A DNA stretch of 64,000 nt from Entomortierella parvispora E1425. Taxonomy: Eukaryota; Fungi; Mortierellomycota. The stretch spans positions 744,001 to 808,000 of the forward strand of contig BQFW01000007.1 of the NCBI GenBank assembly GCA_020891255.1. Direction: 5' to 3'. Each line of letters starts with the position of its first letter. Position 1 is the stretch's first letter. Shown here in pieces: positions 11,807-23,944 of this stretch. A program made the position numbers and the translations under genes. The notes below the pieces were generated by a model. That model was not told where the DNA came from and searched no databases. It saw nothing but the letters and a program-made list of their open reading frames with translations.

Positions 11807-14800
11807 TTAAGCGGCTACCTTGACTTTGAACATGATCTGACCGTCGCGAACGACTACCCTGGGTGCGAGCCCAAATTTCGCTTTCAGAGTCTTCAATTGC
11901 TCATTCTCGAGCTCTTGATTATTAGCTCCCGAGGGCGCCGATGAGGAGGAGGAGAGGCCGACGGCCTCAGCCAGGACCGCAACAGGTAATGAATAGTAGG
12001 CTTTGGAAATCGTGGCCACCGTCAGAGATCGTGATGTGCACAATCCGTCTCCCATGCCATGATAGACCATCAAACGCAGATCCCATGCCAGTGAACCTTC
12101 TGTCTTCAAAAGCCGTTCCCGTTCTTGCCATTGGCCGTCCCGCAATGCTTTCCAGTACGCCAGGGCGAAAAAGAGATCGGGACCCAATGGGTTCTTAGAG
12201 TCCATTTTTCTGTCCGCAGCCGGCAGCCTCTGGTATTGTTGAAATCCATGAAGCATCGACGAGATCAACAAATCCGTCTCGGTCTTTGGGCACAAGACTG
12301 CCTTGGAAAGGCTGTCGACCGATCCCAGATCCAATACCTTTGCGCCTTCTCCTACACCGCCGCCGTTTGTCGCCGAAAATACACGTGGGGGGTGAGCGAG
12401 GTGGTGCAAGATATAAAGCGCCATAAACCGTTTTCGTTCTTGAGGAATGGTCGCTATCCTTGCCAAAGAATTTGATACAAGGTCCTGCGGGTTGTCGTTG
12501 TCTGGGACTGGGTAAACTTCAGGGTGGAGGTACTGAACGAGATGATGCAGGGCTTTTGTAAGCTCGGGTATATTCCCTGCATACAAGCTGTTCAGGACCG
12601 ACTGCTCGTATACTAATATTTCGAATTCATAGAAAATAGACCAAAAATTATCACTAATGGCTCAGATGCGATGAGGAAGGAAGTGGGATTCGTTCTTTGG
12701 TCATTTTCCCTCTTTGTACCTTCCACCGTGAAGGCATCTTTAGATTCCGAAGCAAAGAGACCCTCCCGAAGCTTGCGAAAACTTTCCAAGATCACGTCCA
12801 TCTTCTCGGCCTGACGTGACTTTGGCTGAATGGGTACTAGCTTGTCGACTCCGTTCCACTGTTCATACTCTTTGATCTACACAGTGTTGTCAAAGGCAAT
12901 GCGTGGGTCAGCTTTGATGACACAAATGAACGCCTGTCGTCCTTATCTTTCTTCCTCAACAGAATATCATAGCTTTTGTTTGTCCTCATTCTCACTTTAC
13001 CATCGTTTTAATCTCTGCAAAGACTTTCTCTTGTACATGCCTTGCTTTTAGACTATTACTTGATCTATATAAATAAAACGATAAAGAAAGGTGGTTTGTG
13101 TGGTGTACAAGGACAAAGGGGGTGATTGATAATACAACAAAAGTATTTTGTGCCAAGGAGTGAGGAATATCGAACAGGGAAACTATATAACAAAGGTGAA
13201 GAGGAAGATGATAATGTCTATTGTCGGCTTGAGGATTTTTCTTATTTACCCTGAGTCATCTCCACCTCGACTAAGAAGGGTCAATGCTTCCACTCCTGAG
13301 CCAGTCGACTTTTGATCGAGAGCCATTCTCCGCGACAAGGTATCAGCATCTACAGCAAGATCTCCCCGGGCATCATCTCCTGAAGCACTGGCAGCGGACT
13401 TTTGACGATTGGCGGCCAAGAATAGGACTGGTTCATCATCCTTGTTCAAGTTTGCTTTGGCTAATTGGGTTGTCAGTCCAGATACAGAGGCTGCGGACGA
13501 GTCCTGAGACTTTGGTTTAGCTTTGTACGTCGATTGTTCCCACCATGGCACCTCTTGAGGCTCACTCTCCTTTGCCGATACTTTTTGAGCTGAGGTTTCC
13601 TGTTTTGAAGAAGGTGCTGTGTTGGGCTTTGATGGGGTCGCCTTCGGTTTCTGGGACTCTTGTCGTTCCCGTCCGCTGCTTCCATCTTTCTTGGACTGAG
13701 GTGCACTTTCTGTGGATTTTGCAGGCTCTGCAGTTTTGGGCTTTGTTCCATAGGTGGACTGCTCCCACCAAGGTTTTCCAGATTCCTCAGTGCTTGCATT
13801 GTTATCGTCTACCGACACCTCAGCTGTCGGCTGATCCTTGGACCTCCTCTTCTGAGCATCCTTGCCTTTGCCTCGACTGCCTCTGGGCGAAGATTTCTCT
13901 GAGGGCGATGAGGACAAAAGCGGAACGTCCAGCTTTCCACGTGACCCAGTCCTGTTGTGCTTCCCTGAAGGGCTATTGACGGGGTAAGGAAGGTCTTCTG
14001 GCATGGGTGTCTTCTCCCAGCGATCACCTGGTCCGGAGGAGGGGCGCTGCGATCTGGCTGAGGTGCTTGACTCCAGACGCTCATGATACATGGTGCCTCC
14101 TGTTGATCGGTCGTTCCGACTGGGTTCATGTCCTGAGGGTCGAGTGGCTCCTGTCTCGCGACGCTTAAAGTGGACGGTGTCATCCTTCGGAGAGCCATTT
14201 GTGGCACTGGAGGGATGCAAGTTGGGATACGGTTTGTCCTCTTGCAGGGTTTTTTCCCAGCGTCCTTCCGAAGCTGCATCTCGGCTGCGTCTATTGAGGC
14301 GGTCCCTTGACGGTGGTGTCACCTGGTCCATGTAGGACCTCGAAGGTCGTGCTGCGGGACTTGAGGAGCGTCCTGTTGAGAATCCGTCTGGATTATTGAT
14401 TAATCGACCATTTGGTGCAGACACTTGATCCATGTACGCTCTTGATGAGCGAGGTGAGGGGCTAAGTGAACGTCCTGTTGAGATGCCACCTGGGTTGTTC
14501 AAATGGGCAGTACTGGGCGAAAGAGATCGTCTTTGATGATCTCCTCCTGCTGCTCCTCGTCCTGAAGTGTATGGAGACGAAGGTCTCTGATGTTTAGAGT
14601 TCTCCCATGACAGTCGATCGTTCAGTCCGTTTGGCAGCGGCGATCTCGATCGATACGAAGGCGAGCGACTGCGATCCATTCGCGCCTGATTGTTGTTCCG
14701 ATAGTTGTTGGCGTCCAGTTCCGGTGCCGGTTTTGGAGGCAGTGGGATGGTGGTCCTTGGGGTGCTGGACCGTGACTGATGAGCAGATGATCCCCGCGAA

Positions 14801-15219
14801 CTGTCGGCGTTTCTGCCCCACTTGCCCTCGCTCTGGGGCGAGCCATAGGATCCGTTATTATGGCCGTGGTGCGGTCGAGGAGAGTCACGGTAGGACTGCT
14901 GGTGGTCCCTGGGCTGGATGCGGCTACTCATCGGTTGCAGTGCTGATCCGTTGTGGGTTCTTCTGTCCAGAGAGCGATTAGATCCGTCAGTGAACCCAGC
15001 GGTGTATCGCGCTGGCTCTCTGCCACTACCAGCCTGCGAAGGAGTCGCAGTCTCCTTGTTACCGCTGGACGCAGTTGAGGGGGTCGCTGGAGGAGAGGCA
15101 GGTCGAGGAAAATCGTCGTCGTCCGAGAAGACGGGAGCGCCGAAATCAATCTCGTCGTCAGTGTCGTCAGCCCAGTCCAATGACGAGGCCATATTCGAGA
15201 CCGACGAGGAGGCGACCAT
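11807..15219 (-). CDS. About 998-aa protein: long R/S-rich disordered N-terminus plus C-terminal helical PCI-like (SAC3/Thp3/CSN8-like) domain
   Basis: Exons 15219-13250, 13064-13001, 12876-12720 and 12612-11807 join in frame through GT-AG introns (2997 nt total). The C-terminus ILESFRKLREGL...ISKAYYSLPV resembles a fungal PCI-like family (recalled, not searched). Confidence 0.72.
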
Positions 15220-16130
15220 TGTAGACGGGGATGCTTTGAGATAAGGGAGGAGAGGGAAAGCGAGAGAAGGGGGAGTAACAAAAACACAAAACTCGCGAGG
15301 CGCGTCCAATGAGGGAAGGGTATGAGGGTGTGGGTGAATGAAGAAGAAAGAGGAGAATGCATGCATGCGCTCTTTTTTCGACGAAGACGGGTCACTGCGG
15401 GGGAAGATAGGGTGCACGTGATTCATTTTTTTTTTTTCTTTTTTTTTCTTTTTGTGGTTTCTGCGACCAACGGGAAAGGACGCGCGACTGGGGCTGCACA
15501 GCACGTCGAGATCTCCTCGATGTTGGCAGACGACAATACCCAGCACTGCTCTTGGCCATTGGTGGCTGTCATAGAGCCATGGCTTTGGTCGCACAGGCCA
15601 AACAGATGATCCTAATCTTGTGGCTTCCACTTGTTGCTTTACATGAACGCCTGCCTCTATTCTCTTCTCTGTATTCTGCATCCACTTGATTCTTCAGATC
15701 AAAAACCATTTGCATGTGTTTCCCACTTGAAACGTGTTACATCCATTCCGAAGGATGATGTCAAAGAGATTATTGCTCTCACAAGTTCGGTTCTGGGGCT
15801 TGGTGCCGTCGTTTTGGTCTCTCGGTGACGGGCCAGGACATGTTATCATGTTGTGGTGTAGTAGGGAAAACTTCTGCTCAAGTCGTTGAAATTGAAGATC
15901 TTGCTTCTTCTAGGAAAACAAGATTGTCGCTGGCACCATTCTAATTTTTTTGTTTGTGGTCGCACAAACAACAAGGCTCGTGGTCACTTCCTTCCTTTTC
16001 CTTCTGTGGGCTGCGGCTTCTCCTTCATTTAAAGCGGAGGACCTCTCCTCTTTCAAGCACATAACATACGCTTCTACCACACTCCCGCATCATCATCAGT
16101 TGCTCTACCCTGTCGTACTCGCTGTCATCA

Positions 16131-18483
16131 ATGACCCATGTTTCGATATTCGATATCCATTTCGTTGTTGGCCAAGTCGCCTCCTTTCTCCGACGTCAGG
16201 ACATAGAGCGATGCCGACAAGTATGCTATGCATGGAAGACTACCTTTCAGCCTTTTCGCCGGGCATCCGCCAAATGGACGACGATCCCTTTGACTTTCTA
16301 CGAGCAAGAGATGCTTCTACGACTCGCCCCAACGTTCTGGACCCTCGGCGTGGATCTTTCCGATCGCTCATTTGTACCCCTGATTGAATCCAATCGGTTC
16401 AAAAACGTGCGCGAGCTGACGTGTTATGGCCGATCCAAGCATCCGTTCACAAAACCCATTGGTATTAGGATCGATGACCCCAATGTCTTTGGTAGTTATA
16501 ACCAGAATGCAGAAACAACCCACTTCGGCTGGGAAAATCCAACGACTTTTGGCCTCCATGAATCGACTGCAAACTCTTGTTCTAATACTTGGCTACGCCG
16601 ACAGCGTTGTGGATGGGGCCGTAGGCTATCGTCATTTCTCAGACCCAATGCTTCAGGTCCTGAAAGAACACAGGACGCTGACCGGGATCGAGATCACGTT
16701 CTGTGACCTCCTTCGGTTGCAGAGCGTGAAGATCTTTGTCTCGTCCTTGCCAGAGTCGATAGAAACGTTAAAGATATCTGATGGATCATTGGGATACGGA
16801 TACCATTATCAATTCGACGCCGAGGTACCCTCCGCAGCGGCCCTGGCTGCAGAGGTGGCCGATTTCCGAGCAGAGCCCTACCCGAAGTTGAGGCACTTTG
16901 TTTGGACCTCCCGCCCGGATGCGATGCTGATCGGCACCATTTTGTTCTTGCTCCTGAGGATCTGTCCGCAGCTTGAGGTTCTGGACCTCCCGCATCTTCC
17001 TTTTCCCATAGAACAAGAGGTGACCTCCGTCTTGTTCGAGTGCTGCCCAAATGTCAGCGCGCTAGATATCGACAGTTGGAAGTCGATCAACAAGTTCCGA
17101 TTGATGCAACGGTATGCCCTCCGGTCCCTCCGCGCCTGCGAACTCTACTCTGACCGCAATGGAGAACCGTCCTTCAATCAGTACGCTGTGATTCCTTCTC
17201 TGTTGACCCTGTCCAAATTTTCACTGCGATCATTGAACTTGCAAAAGTGCGGGTTAAGGGTTCCTCATCACGATATCCCATATCTTTTGAAAGAGTTTCC
17301 CAATCTACAAGACCTGTCAATTTCATGGTTTGATTTTCTGTCAGACATGCACAGGAAGCCTTGCAGTGACGATGCCGACTACTCGAAGGAGGAACAGAAG
17401 AAGGATGGCGTCGACCGTTGGAAGTGGCCCGCCTCACCGCATCTCAAGATACTCTCCATAGATGTTTATGAGAACTGTGACGTCTCTTGTCACTTTCTGG
17501 ACGAACTCCCCTCACCCGTTATTCCGGTGACATTTGCACCCATGACAGCGACCACCACTTCTCTCTTCATTGCTCCATCTTCCACCCCTCCTCCCAGTCA
17601 CCCTCGGGTATCTACGCCTATCCCAATTCCCGGATCTTCACTCAGTGGTGATGGTCAAGAAGAAGAAGGCTCTGAGGATATGGGCCCAGCTCAGGATGTG
17701 GTATCTGAGGAACCTGTCACTCAACAGAACGTACATGAGGTCGATGAGGGAGATGCATACGATGGCGGACTAGACAACGAAGAGGCTTGGGATCATTATG
17801 ATCCTCTCGATGACTACAACGGCCATACAGAGAAGGAACTGGACCCAAGAGATTTGGATCTCTCGATCCCGTATAAGCCGCCTGCGAAACGCCAAACTTC
17901 AGCAAGATTGGCCCCAGCCATCTTGCGACTGTATGACAACTTGACCCGCCTCAAGAACCTACGGGATCTTCAAATAAGCTGGTGCCTTGGTGGACACACG
18001 GTCTGCGATTCTGGGCGTTTGGACATTCGAGGTCCGCTCCTTAACGTGCTGGAGCGAGAGGGCTTGAATCAGGGGGACTTCACTCGGATAGGCATGGGAT
18101 GGACAAAAAATCCAGAGGTGGCTTTATTCAAAGGCGAGACGGATCACTATTTAAAAGCGCGAGGCTTCGTGTTGGTTGATTTGGAGGAAGTACTGGTAAA
18201 GAAAAGGGATTACCAAATGTCGTCCGAAGAGATCACGACAATGAGGGTCTTGAATGCAAGGGAAAAAATCCGACAGAGAATCGAAATCGAACAAAAGGAA
18301 AAAGAGGAGGATGAACTCAGAGACGGCCAGGAACCAGAGTATCTAACGTACAAGAGTCGGAGCCAGAGCCGAAGACGGAACGACAACAGAATGATGGAGA
18401 AGAGGAGCAAGAAAAAAAGATGGGTTCACGACAAGAAGACCAAGCAACGAGGACCTCAAGGGTTTTATTTGTTCCATCCATAA
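16131..18483 (+). CDS. F-box/LRR-like protein with a frame break near 16420-16540 (tiny intron or frameshift)
   Basis: F-box-like SIFDIHFVVGQVASFLRRQDIERCRQVCYAW in ORF 16131-16706. LRR-like YPKLRHF, CPQLEVLDLP and LTRLKNLRDLQI in the overlapping ORF 16426-18483. Confidence 0.7.
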
Positions 18484-18515
18484 AAAAAAAAAAGGAAAGA
18501 AAGAAAGAGAAAGGT

Positions 18516-21178
18516 CTAAATACGACTGCCTTTGGCCTTGCTGTCCCGCAGGATTCTCAGCTTCTGCATCACCTCGTCCAAAGGTCGCACCTGCCCCTTG
18601 ACCTTGTTTTCTTGGATCTCATCTCTTGACCGCACATTCACCGATCCGGACGCGACCTCCTCGGCCCCGATGACAAAAATAAAGTTGTATTGAGCCAATT
18701 CCGCGTTCCTGATCTTTTTGTTCAACGTCGCGTCCGAGCTGTCAAGGTCAACGAAAAAGTCGCCCTCCAGCTCCATTTCCTTCTTGATCTTCTCTGCATA
18801 GGCCAAGATCTCGGGCTTGGCAGCCACAGGGATGATCTGGATCTGTCGCGGTGAGAGCCAAAGGTCCCATTTGCCAGCACAATTCTCCGTAAGAATGGCG
18901 ATCATCCTCTCCAACGAACCCAACATGGCACGGTGGATAATAATGGGTCGGGAAAAGTCCGATTCCCCATCTCCTTGATTGCGGTATTGGAGATTAAACC
19001 GAAGCGGGAGCTGGAAATCCAGCTGAAGCGTGGCACACTGATGGTTCCGCCGCAGGGAGTCCCGGATGAGGATGTCGATCTTGGGACCATAGAAAGCTCC
19101 ATCTCCAGGGTTGATCGTCCATGGCCGACCAAAGCGGTCCAGTGCGTCAGCGAGATGCTACATTAAATGAAATCCATGCAAAAGAATATCAGCCTTTGGA
19201 AGCAAGGGACTGCAAACTGGCTCAAACGTAACTGCAGGACATCACTCTACCTTCTCAGCAACATCCCATTCCTCAATATTTCCAAGATACTTCTCAGGCC
19301 TCGTCGACAAGGCCAGTGAGAACTCGAATCCAAAGATGCCATAGACATGTTGCAAGAAATCCAGCGTAGCGTCCATTTCCTGACCGAGCTGATCCAGTCG
19401 GCAGAACAAATGAGCGTCATCCTGTTGGAATCTTCTCACTCTCGTCAAACCTCCCAGCGAGCCAGAAGCTTCGTTTCGATGCAAGACTCCAAAATCTGCA
19501 AAACGCAAAGGCAGCTCTCTGTAGGACCGTTCTCGAACATCAAACATGAGGCAGTGTCCAGGGCAGTTCATCGGCTTGAGGCCAAACGTCTCCTTCTCGA
19601 CATCAAACATAAACATGTCGTCCTTGTAATTGTCCCAGTGTCCGGACGTCTTCCATAGCTTGACATTGAACATGTTGGGTGACATGACTTCCGTGTATCC
19701 TCGCTGGCGATATTCTTTCTTGATAAACGACATGAGCGTATTGTAAATTCGAGCTCCATGAGGCAAAAAGAAGCAGGACCCTGGCGAAAGCTCATGAAAG
19801 AAAAATAATTCTTGCTCGCGGCCGATCCTACGATGATCTCTTCTGGCTGCTTCTGCTAAGAATTTCTTGTGCTCTGCCATTTGCTTTGCATCCGGGAAGG
19901 ACACACCGTAGATACGCTGCAAGGAGTCATTCTTGGCGTCGCCCAAGAAGTAAGAGGCCGAGTTTTTCAAGACGGCAAAGGATTTGATACGGCCCGTGTG
20001 AGGGAGGTGGGGGCCACGGCAGAGATCGATCAGGGGTCCACATCTATACACCGTCGTCGACGTTCCGTCAGGGATCTTGGATTCAATGAGCTGAATCTTG
20101 TACTGATTGTGCTTGAACATCTCCAGGAGATCTTCTTTGCTCATTTCAAGACGCTGGAATGGCTGTTTCTCCTTGATAGCATTCTTGGCGCACGTCTCCA
20201 AGTTTTCGTAATCACTTGAGGAGACAAGTCTGATAACGGCAACTCTCAGTCAGTAACCTGTATGACCTTGTATTATACATCTGCACTAACCGATAGCCGG
20301 GTCGTCTTACCTTTCGTCCTTCATGCCCATCTCATAGTAGAAACCTTCTTCGATTGGCGGTCCAACGCAGAGATGGCATCCATAGTGTTTCTCGCACGCT
20401 TCGCCCAGGACATGAGCTGAAGAATGCCAAAAGACAGCCCTTCCTTCTTCATCCTCAAAATCGAGAAACTCCAGTTGGCAAGAGCTGATCAGTGGCCTTT
20501 CCAAATCCCAAAGGACTTTGTCGACCTATAATTTTTTTTTTTTTTTTTTTAGTTCTATACATATGCAAATTTACTCTCGTCTAGTTCTTTCGTTTTTTGC
20601 TTACTTTGGCAATGACGACACGCTCGGACAGGCTCTTGGAGATGGACTTTGCGATCTCCATAGGAGTCGTTTCCCATGCAATCCCTTCGCGAATAAAGCC
20701 ATCTGGCATCGTAATAGAGATTGGAACCCTGGGCTGAGCTATGTGCCAAAAGATGGAGGATTTGAATAGGTGCAAAATTGACCCGCAGCAGAGACAATCT
20801 GAGATGCAAAACGCGGGATATATTCTTCTCTTACCTGCATCGGCCTCATCAGCTTTCTTCTTGAGCTCATCAAAAAGTGCGATGCGGTGGGCTACGTATT
20901 CTGGCGTGGGTGATACCTGGTTATGAGGTGTATTGCGAAAGTGATAAGTGATCCAGTTGGTTTTGATTGTAGGGAGTGGTTTTTTGTCGGAGATGACAAC
21001 ATACCTCCAGAGGATAAGCGCCTTCAGACACTTGGGCCTTCTTGGAGTTCTTTCCCTTGGCTACCAGAGCTTTTGGGGCAGAGTTTTGAATGGGCGCTTC
21101 AACTGCTGAAGCAGCGACAAGATCCTGCGAAGCGACAGGGTCTTGGGAGATCGAGATTTCATGTTGGACTTCTGACAT
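18516..21178 (-). CDS. THS1: Threonyl-tRNA synthetase (possible upstream in-frame start at 21433)
   Basis: TGS region, [67 protein letters not shown] and anticodon-binding domain. Multi-exon. Confidence 0.97.
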
Positions 21179-21968
21179 GATGGCTTTTTTTTTTTGGTTT
21201 TCAGTGTCTTTGTGTGTGTGTGGTGATGTAGAGAGGGCTGACGCTTGTTGTTTGTTGTGCTTTTGGATCGCTGCGAAGTTGTGTGTTGCTTGGGCATAAA
21301 GCGGGGGAAGAGTCGTTATATAGTGCCCCTTGTTCCATGGTGTGTCACTCTGAGCCAGGCAGAGAGCTATTCGAGGTTTCTTGATTGCGGCGTGCCTGAG
21401 AATTGAAAAAAAAATTTGAGCGCGATGAACCATGTCGACTCATCATTTTTTTTTCACCCAGTTTATTTCGACATGAATTACTGTATCTCACGCAGGCATC
21501 CTTGAGCTCTCATTCACCGCTCGCAATTCAGGGTTAGTTCATATTATATTTCATGTCCTTGTCCTTTCGTCGACACGACATCATATCCACGACATCATAT
21601 CTCTGAAAGTATCGTGGCATGAACGATGGTTATGACGACCCAGGCATTCTCTTCGTTGCCGAGAGTGTCTGGTTCCATTTTACGTCCAATTGCAGGCAAG
21701 TTAAGCAGCCCATCTTGTACGCTTATGTTTGTTCGCCTAATCACTCCTCTGGCAATCGTCAATCTGCAGAGAGTGTAACTTCTTCTTTGCCGTATGTGGT
21801 TCTGATCTTGTTCTCGCCAGAGGGAGCCTATTCTCCTCAGTCATTAGATCTTCACATTGTGCCTTGAATACCTCAAGACTCCCCCCCCCCCCTGCTTCGC
21901 ATGGGCACGAGGATAGATTGTAGCAGGTAAGTGCTATTTGCGTTTATTGGAATAGAGCAGAGCTATAT

Positions 21969-23609
21969 TCACCACCAGTCGTAGGTGTGAATGTCATTCA
22001 ACATCCCGGGATACCTGTGAAGCATTTTATCAAATAGGTCAGTGCCAACATCGACATGATGACCTCTTGATGTCCAAAACGTATCCCTCGGCCCCTTGCC
22101 ATATTCTAGCCAATTATCCGTCATCCATGCTCGTTCTGCTTCGCCCATGCGGAGGCTCATCTTCTCAAGGCTCAACCATCGTAGGCTCTTGAGATTCCTT
22201 AGCTCATCCAAACCATCCTGAAGAGACATGGTCAGACATTGGTATTGTGACCCCATTTCATACGTTTCCCACGAGTAGTAGGAACCTTCCATCCTCTCCT
22301 CATACATGTTGGCCCCATCGACTCTCTGGAGGTCAATAGTGTCATTTCCTAGAGTAACATATCGTAGTTTGGTGAGGCGGCCAAGCTGAGCCAAAACCCG
22401 ACGCTGAATCCTGGTGCTCTCAAGCATAGAATAGCGAGAGCCACTGTTGTAGATACCGGTGAGTGGTCGACCATTGTTTTTCGAGGTGATGTCGGGCCTT
22501 GGGACTCCACTGATATAGCACTTGAAAGTCTCCAGTCCTAGACAGACCCAGTCCTCGGTGGACTCGACGATATCCATGGCCATCAGTGAGTAATGTTCTA
22601 CTTCATCACGAACATTGTCGGAAATGGAGTCAAATCGCCTGAGATTTGGGGCGGAACAAAGTAGCTTCTGAATCGATTTGCTGTCAAATGCCACGCAGTT
22701 TGTCAACCGAAGGTTTTCCAGAGTCGCACAGCTTTGCAAGATGGCCGCCACAGTAAGAGGCCCAATTCTGTCGGACATGAAACGAAAGCCCAGGGTCTTC
22801 CAACCTTGTGAGGCCACGCTGGATATAACCCTCGCCAATGCAGCGTCGCCACATTCCGTATGATATCTGTCCAAATTCAACTCGTCCATTTTTGGGGAAT
22901 GTTCCAGCAGGGCCACCAAGAGTGTCGGCTCTATAGAGTCGCCTATTATCGACATCTTCGTCAAATTATCAAAGCGGCTGTCCTTCCTCACTTCCAAGAA
23001 AATATCCAAGGCTTTAGCTCCTTGTTGACTTGCAAGCTTGGTCGGACTGTACTTTGGATCCGTTACCATTTCCAGCTTTTCCAAGCTAGTTGAAAGGGTT
23101 GCCAGTAAACGTGCTAGGTGCAGATCCGGAATGAAAATTATCGCCCAGAAAGAAAATGAGACAAGTTGAGTTGACCGCCCCAGGATCTGAAGGATGGGGT
23201 CCATGTCAGAGAATTCGCGGATTTTATGTCTAGGCCCAGTGGATGGTCCTAATATCGATTTTGCCACGCAGAATCTGACGCTGAGTTGGGTGAGCGGAAT
23301 TGGCTCAAGCGGGGAGGGATCTTGCTCGTACATCAACCTCAGAAAGGTTGGATGCTGGACATCTAAAACACGAATACGATGCAGGTTTCGGAGGAAAGGC
23401 GACTGGTTGACAGACTTGAGGTGCCGACGGTAGAGTGCATTGATAACATCAACTTTTCCCGATTCGACCATATGCCAGAGACTATCCATGAAGGCCGAAC
23501 ACCAGGCTTTGTTGACCCGCACGCAAACGGTGAGGTCCCGCCTGGAGAGGAGGGAAAGGATCTGAGATATAATCTCGGAAGGGAGCTCAAGCAAAGACAA
23601 AGTGCGCAT
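21969..23609 (-). CDS. Intronless F-box/LRR protein (paralog of 57018-58760)
   Basis: LLELPSEIISQILSLLSRRDLTVCVRVNKAW F-box, followed by LENLRL, APNLRRF, WVCLGLETF and GLDELRNLKSLR motifs. Confidence 0.85.
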   Translation of the reverse strand: MRTLSLLELPSEIISQILSLLSRRDLTVCVRVNKAWCSAFMDSLWHMVESGKVDVINALYRRHLKSVNQSPFLRNLHRIRVLDVQHPTFLRLMYEQDPSPLEPIPLTQLSVRFCVAKSILGPSTGPRHKIREFSDMDPILQILGRSTQLVSFSFWAIIFIPDLHLARLLATLSTSLEKLEMVTDPKYSPTKLASQQGAKALDIFLEVRKDSRFDNLTKMSIIGDSIEPTLLVALLEHSPKMDELNLDRYHTECGDAALARVISSVASQGWKTLGFRFMSDRIGPLTVAAILQSCATLENLRLTNCVAFDSKSIQKLLCSAPNLRRFDSISDNVRDEVEHYSLMAMDIVESTEDWVCLGLETFKCYISGVPRPDITSKNNGRPLTGIYNSGSRYSMLESTRIQRRVLAQLGRLTKLRYVTLGNDTIDLQRVDGANMYEERMEGSYYSWETYEMGSQYQCLTMSLQDGLDELRNLKSLRWLSLEKMSLRMGEAERAWMTDNWLEYGKGPRDTFWTSRGHHVDVGTDLFDKMLHRYPGMLNDIHTYDWW

Positions 23610-23944
23610 GTTGAGGGGTCTAGAGTTAAGAATGTAAAAAAACGTAATGATAGGGATGGAGTGAAAAGGAGATGGGATGACAAAACGATTGCATGGAGCC
23701 ATGCACCACCGAAGAGTTGTCTTTGTTTTTCTCCCACGGTCAATTTCATCGCCATCCTCTCCATACTAAAGAAATATTGCCAGCACTACATCCAACGAGA
23801 AGGGCGGGCAAAGGTGAGCTCGTGGGGGCGCTGTGGGATTCACAAAGCACAACTGCATGGCAACATTGTTTCGATATTGACAGGAGGTAGGCATGGCTTT
23901 AATGTATAGTGAACAACAGAGGGTAACAAAATCAAGTCGATCCA

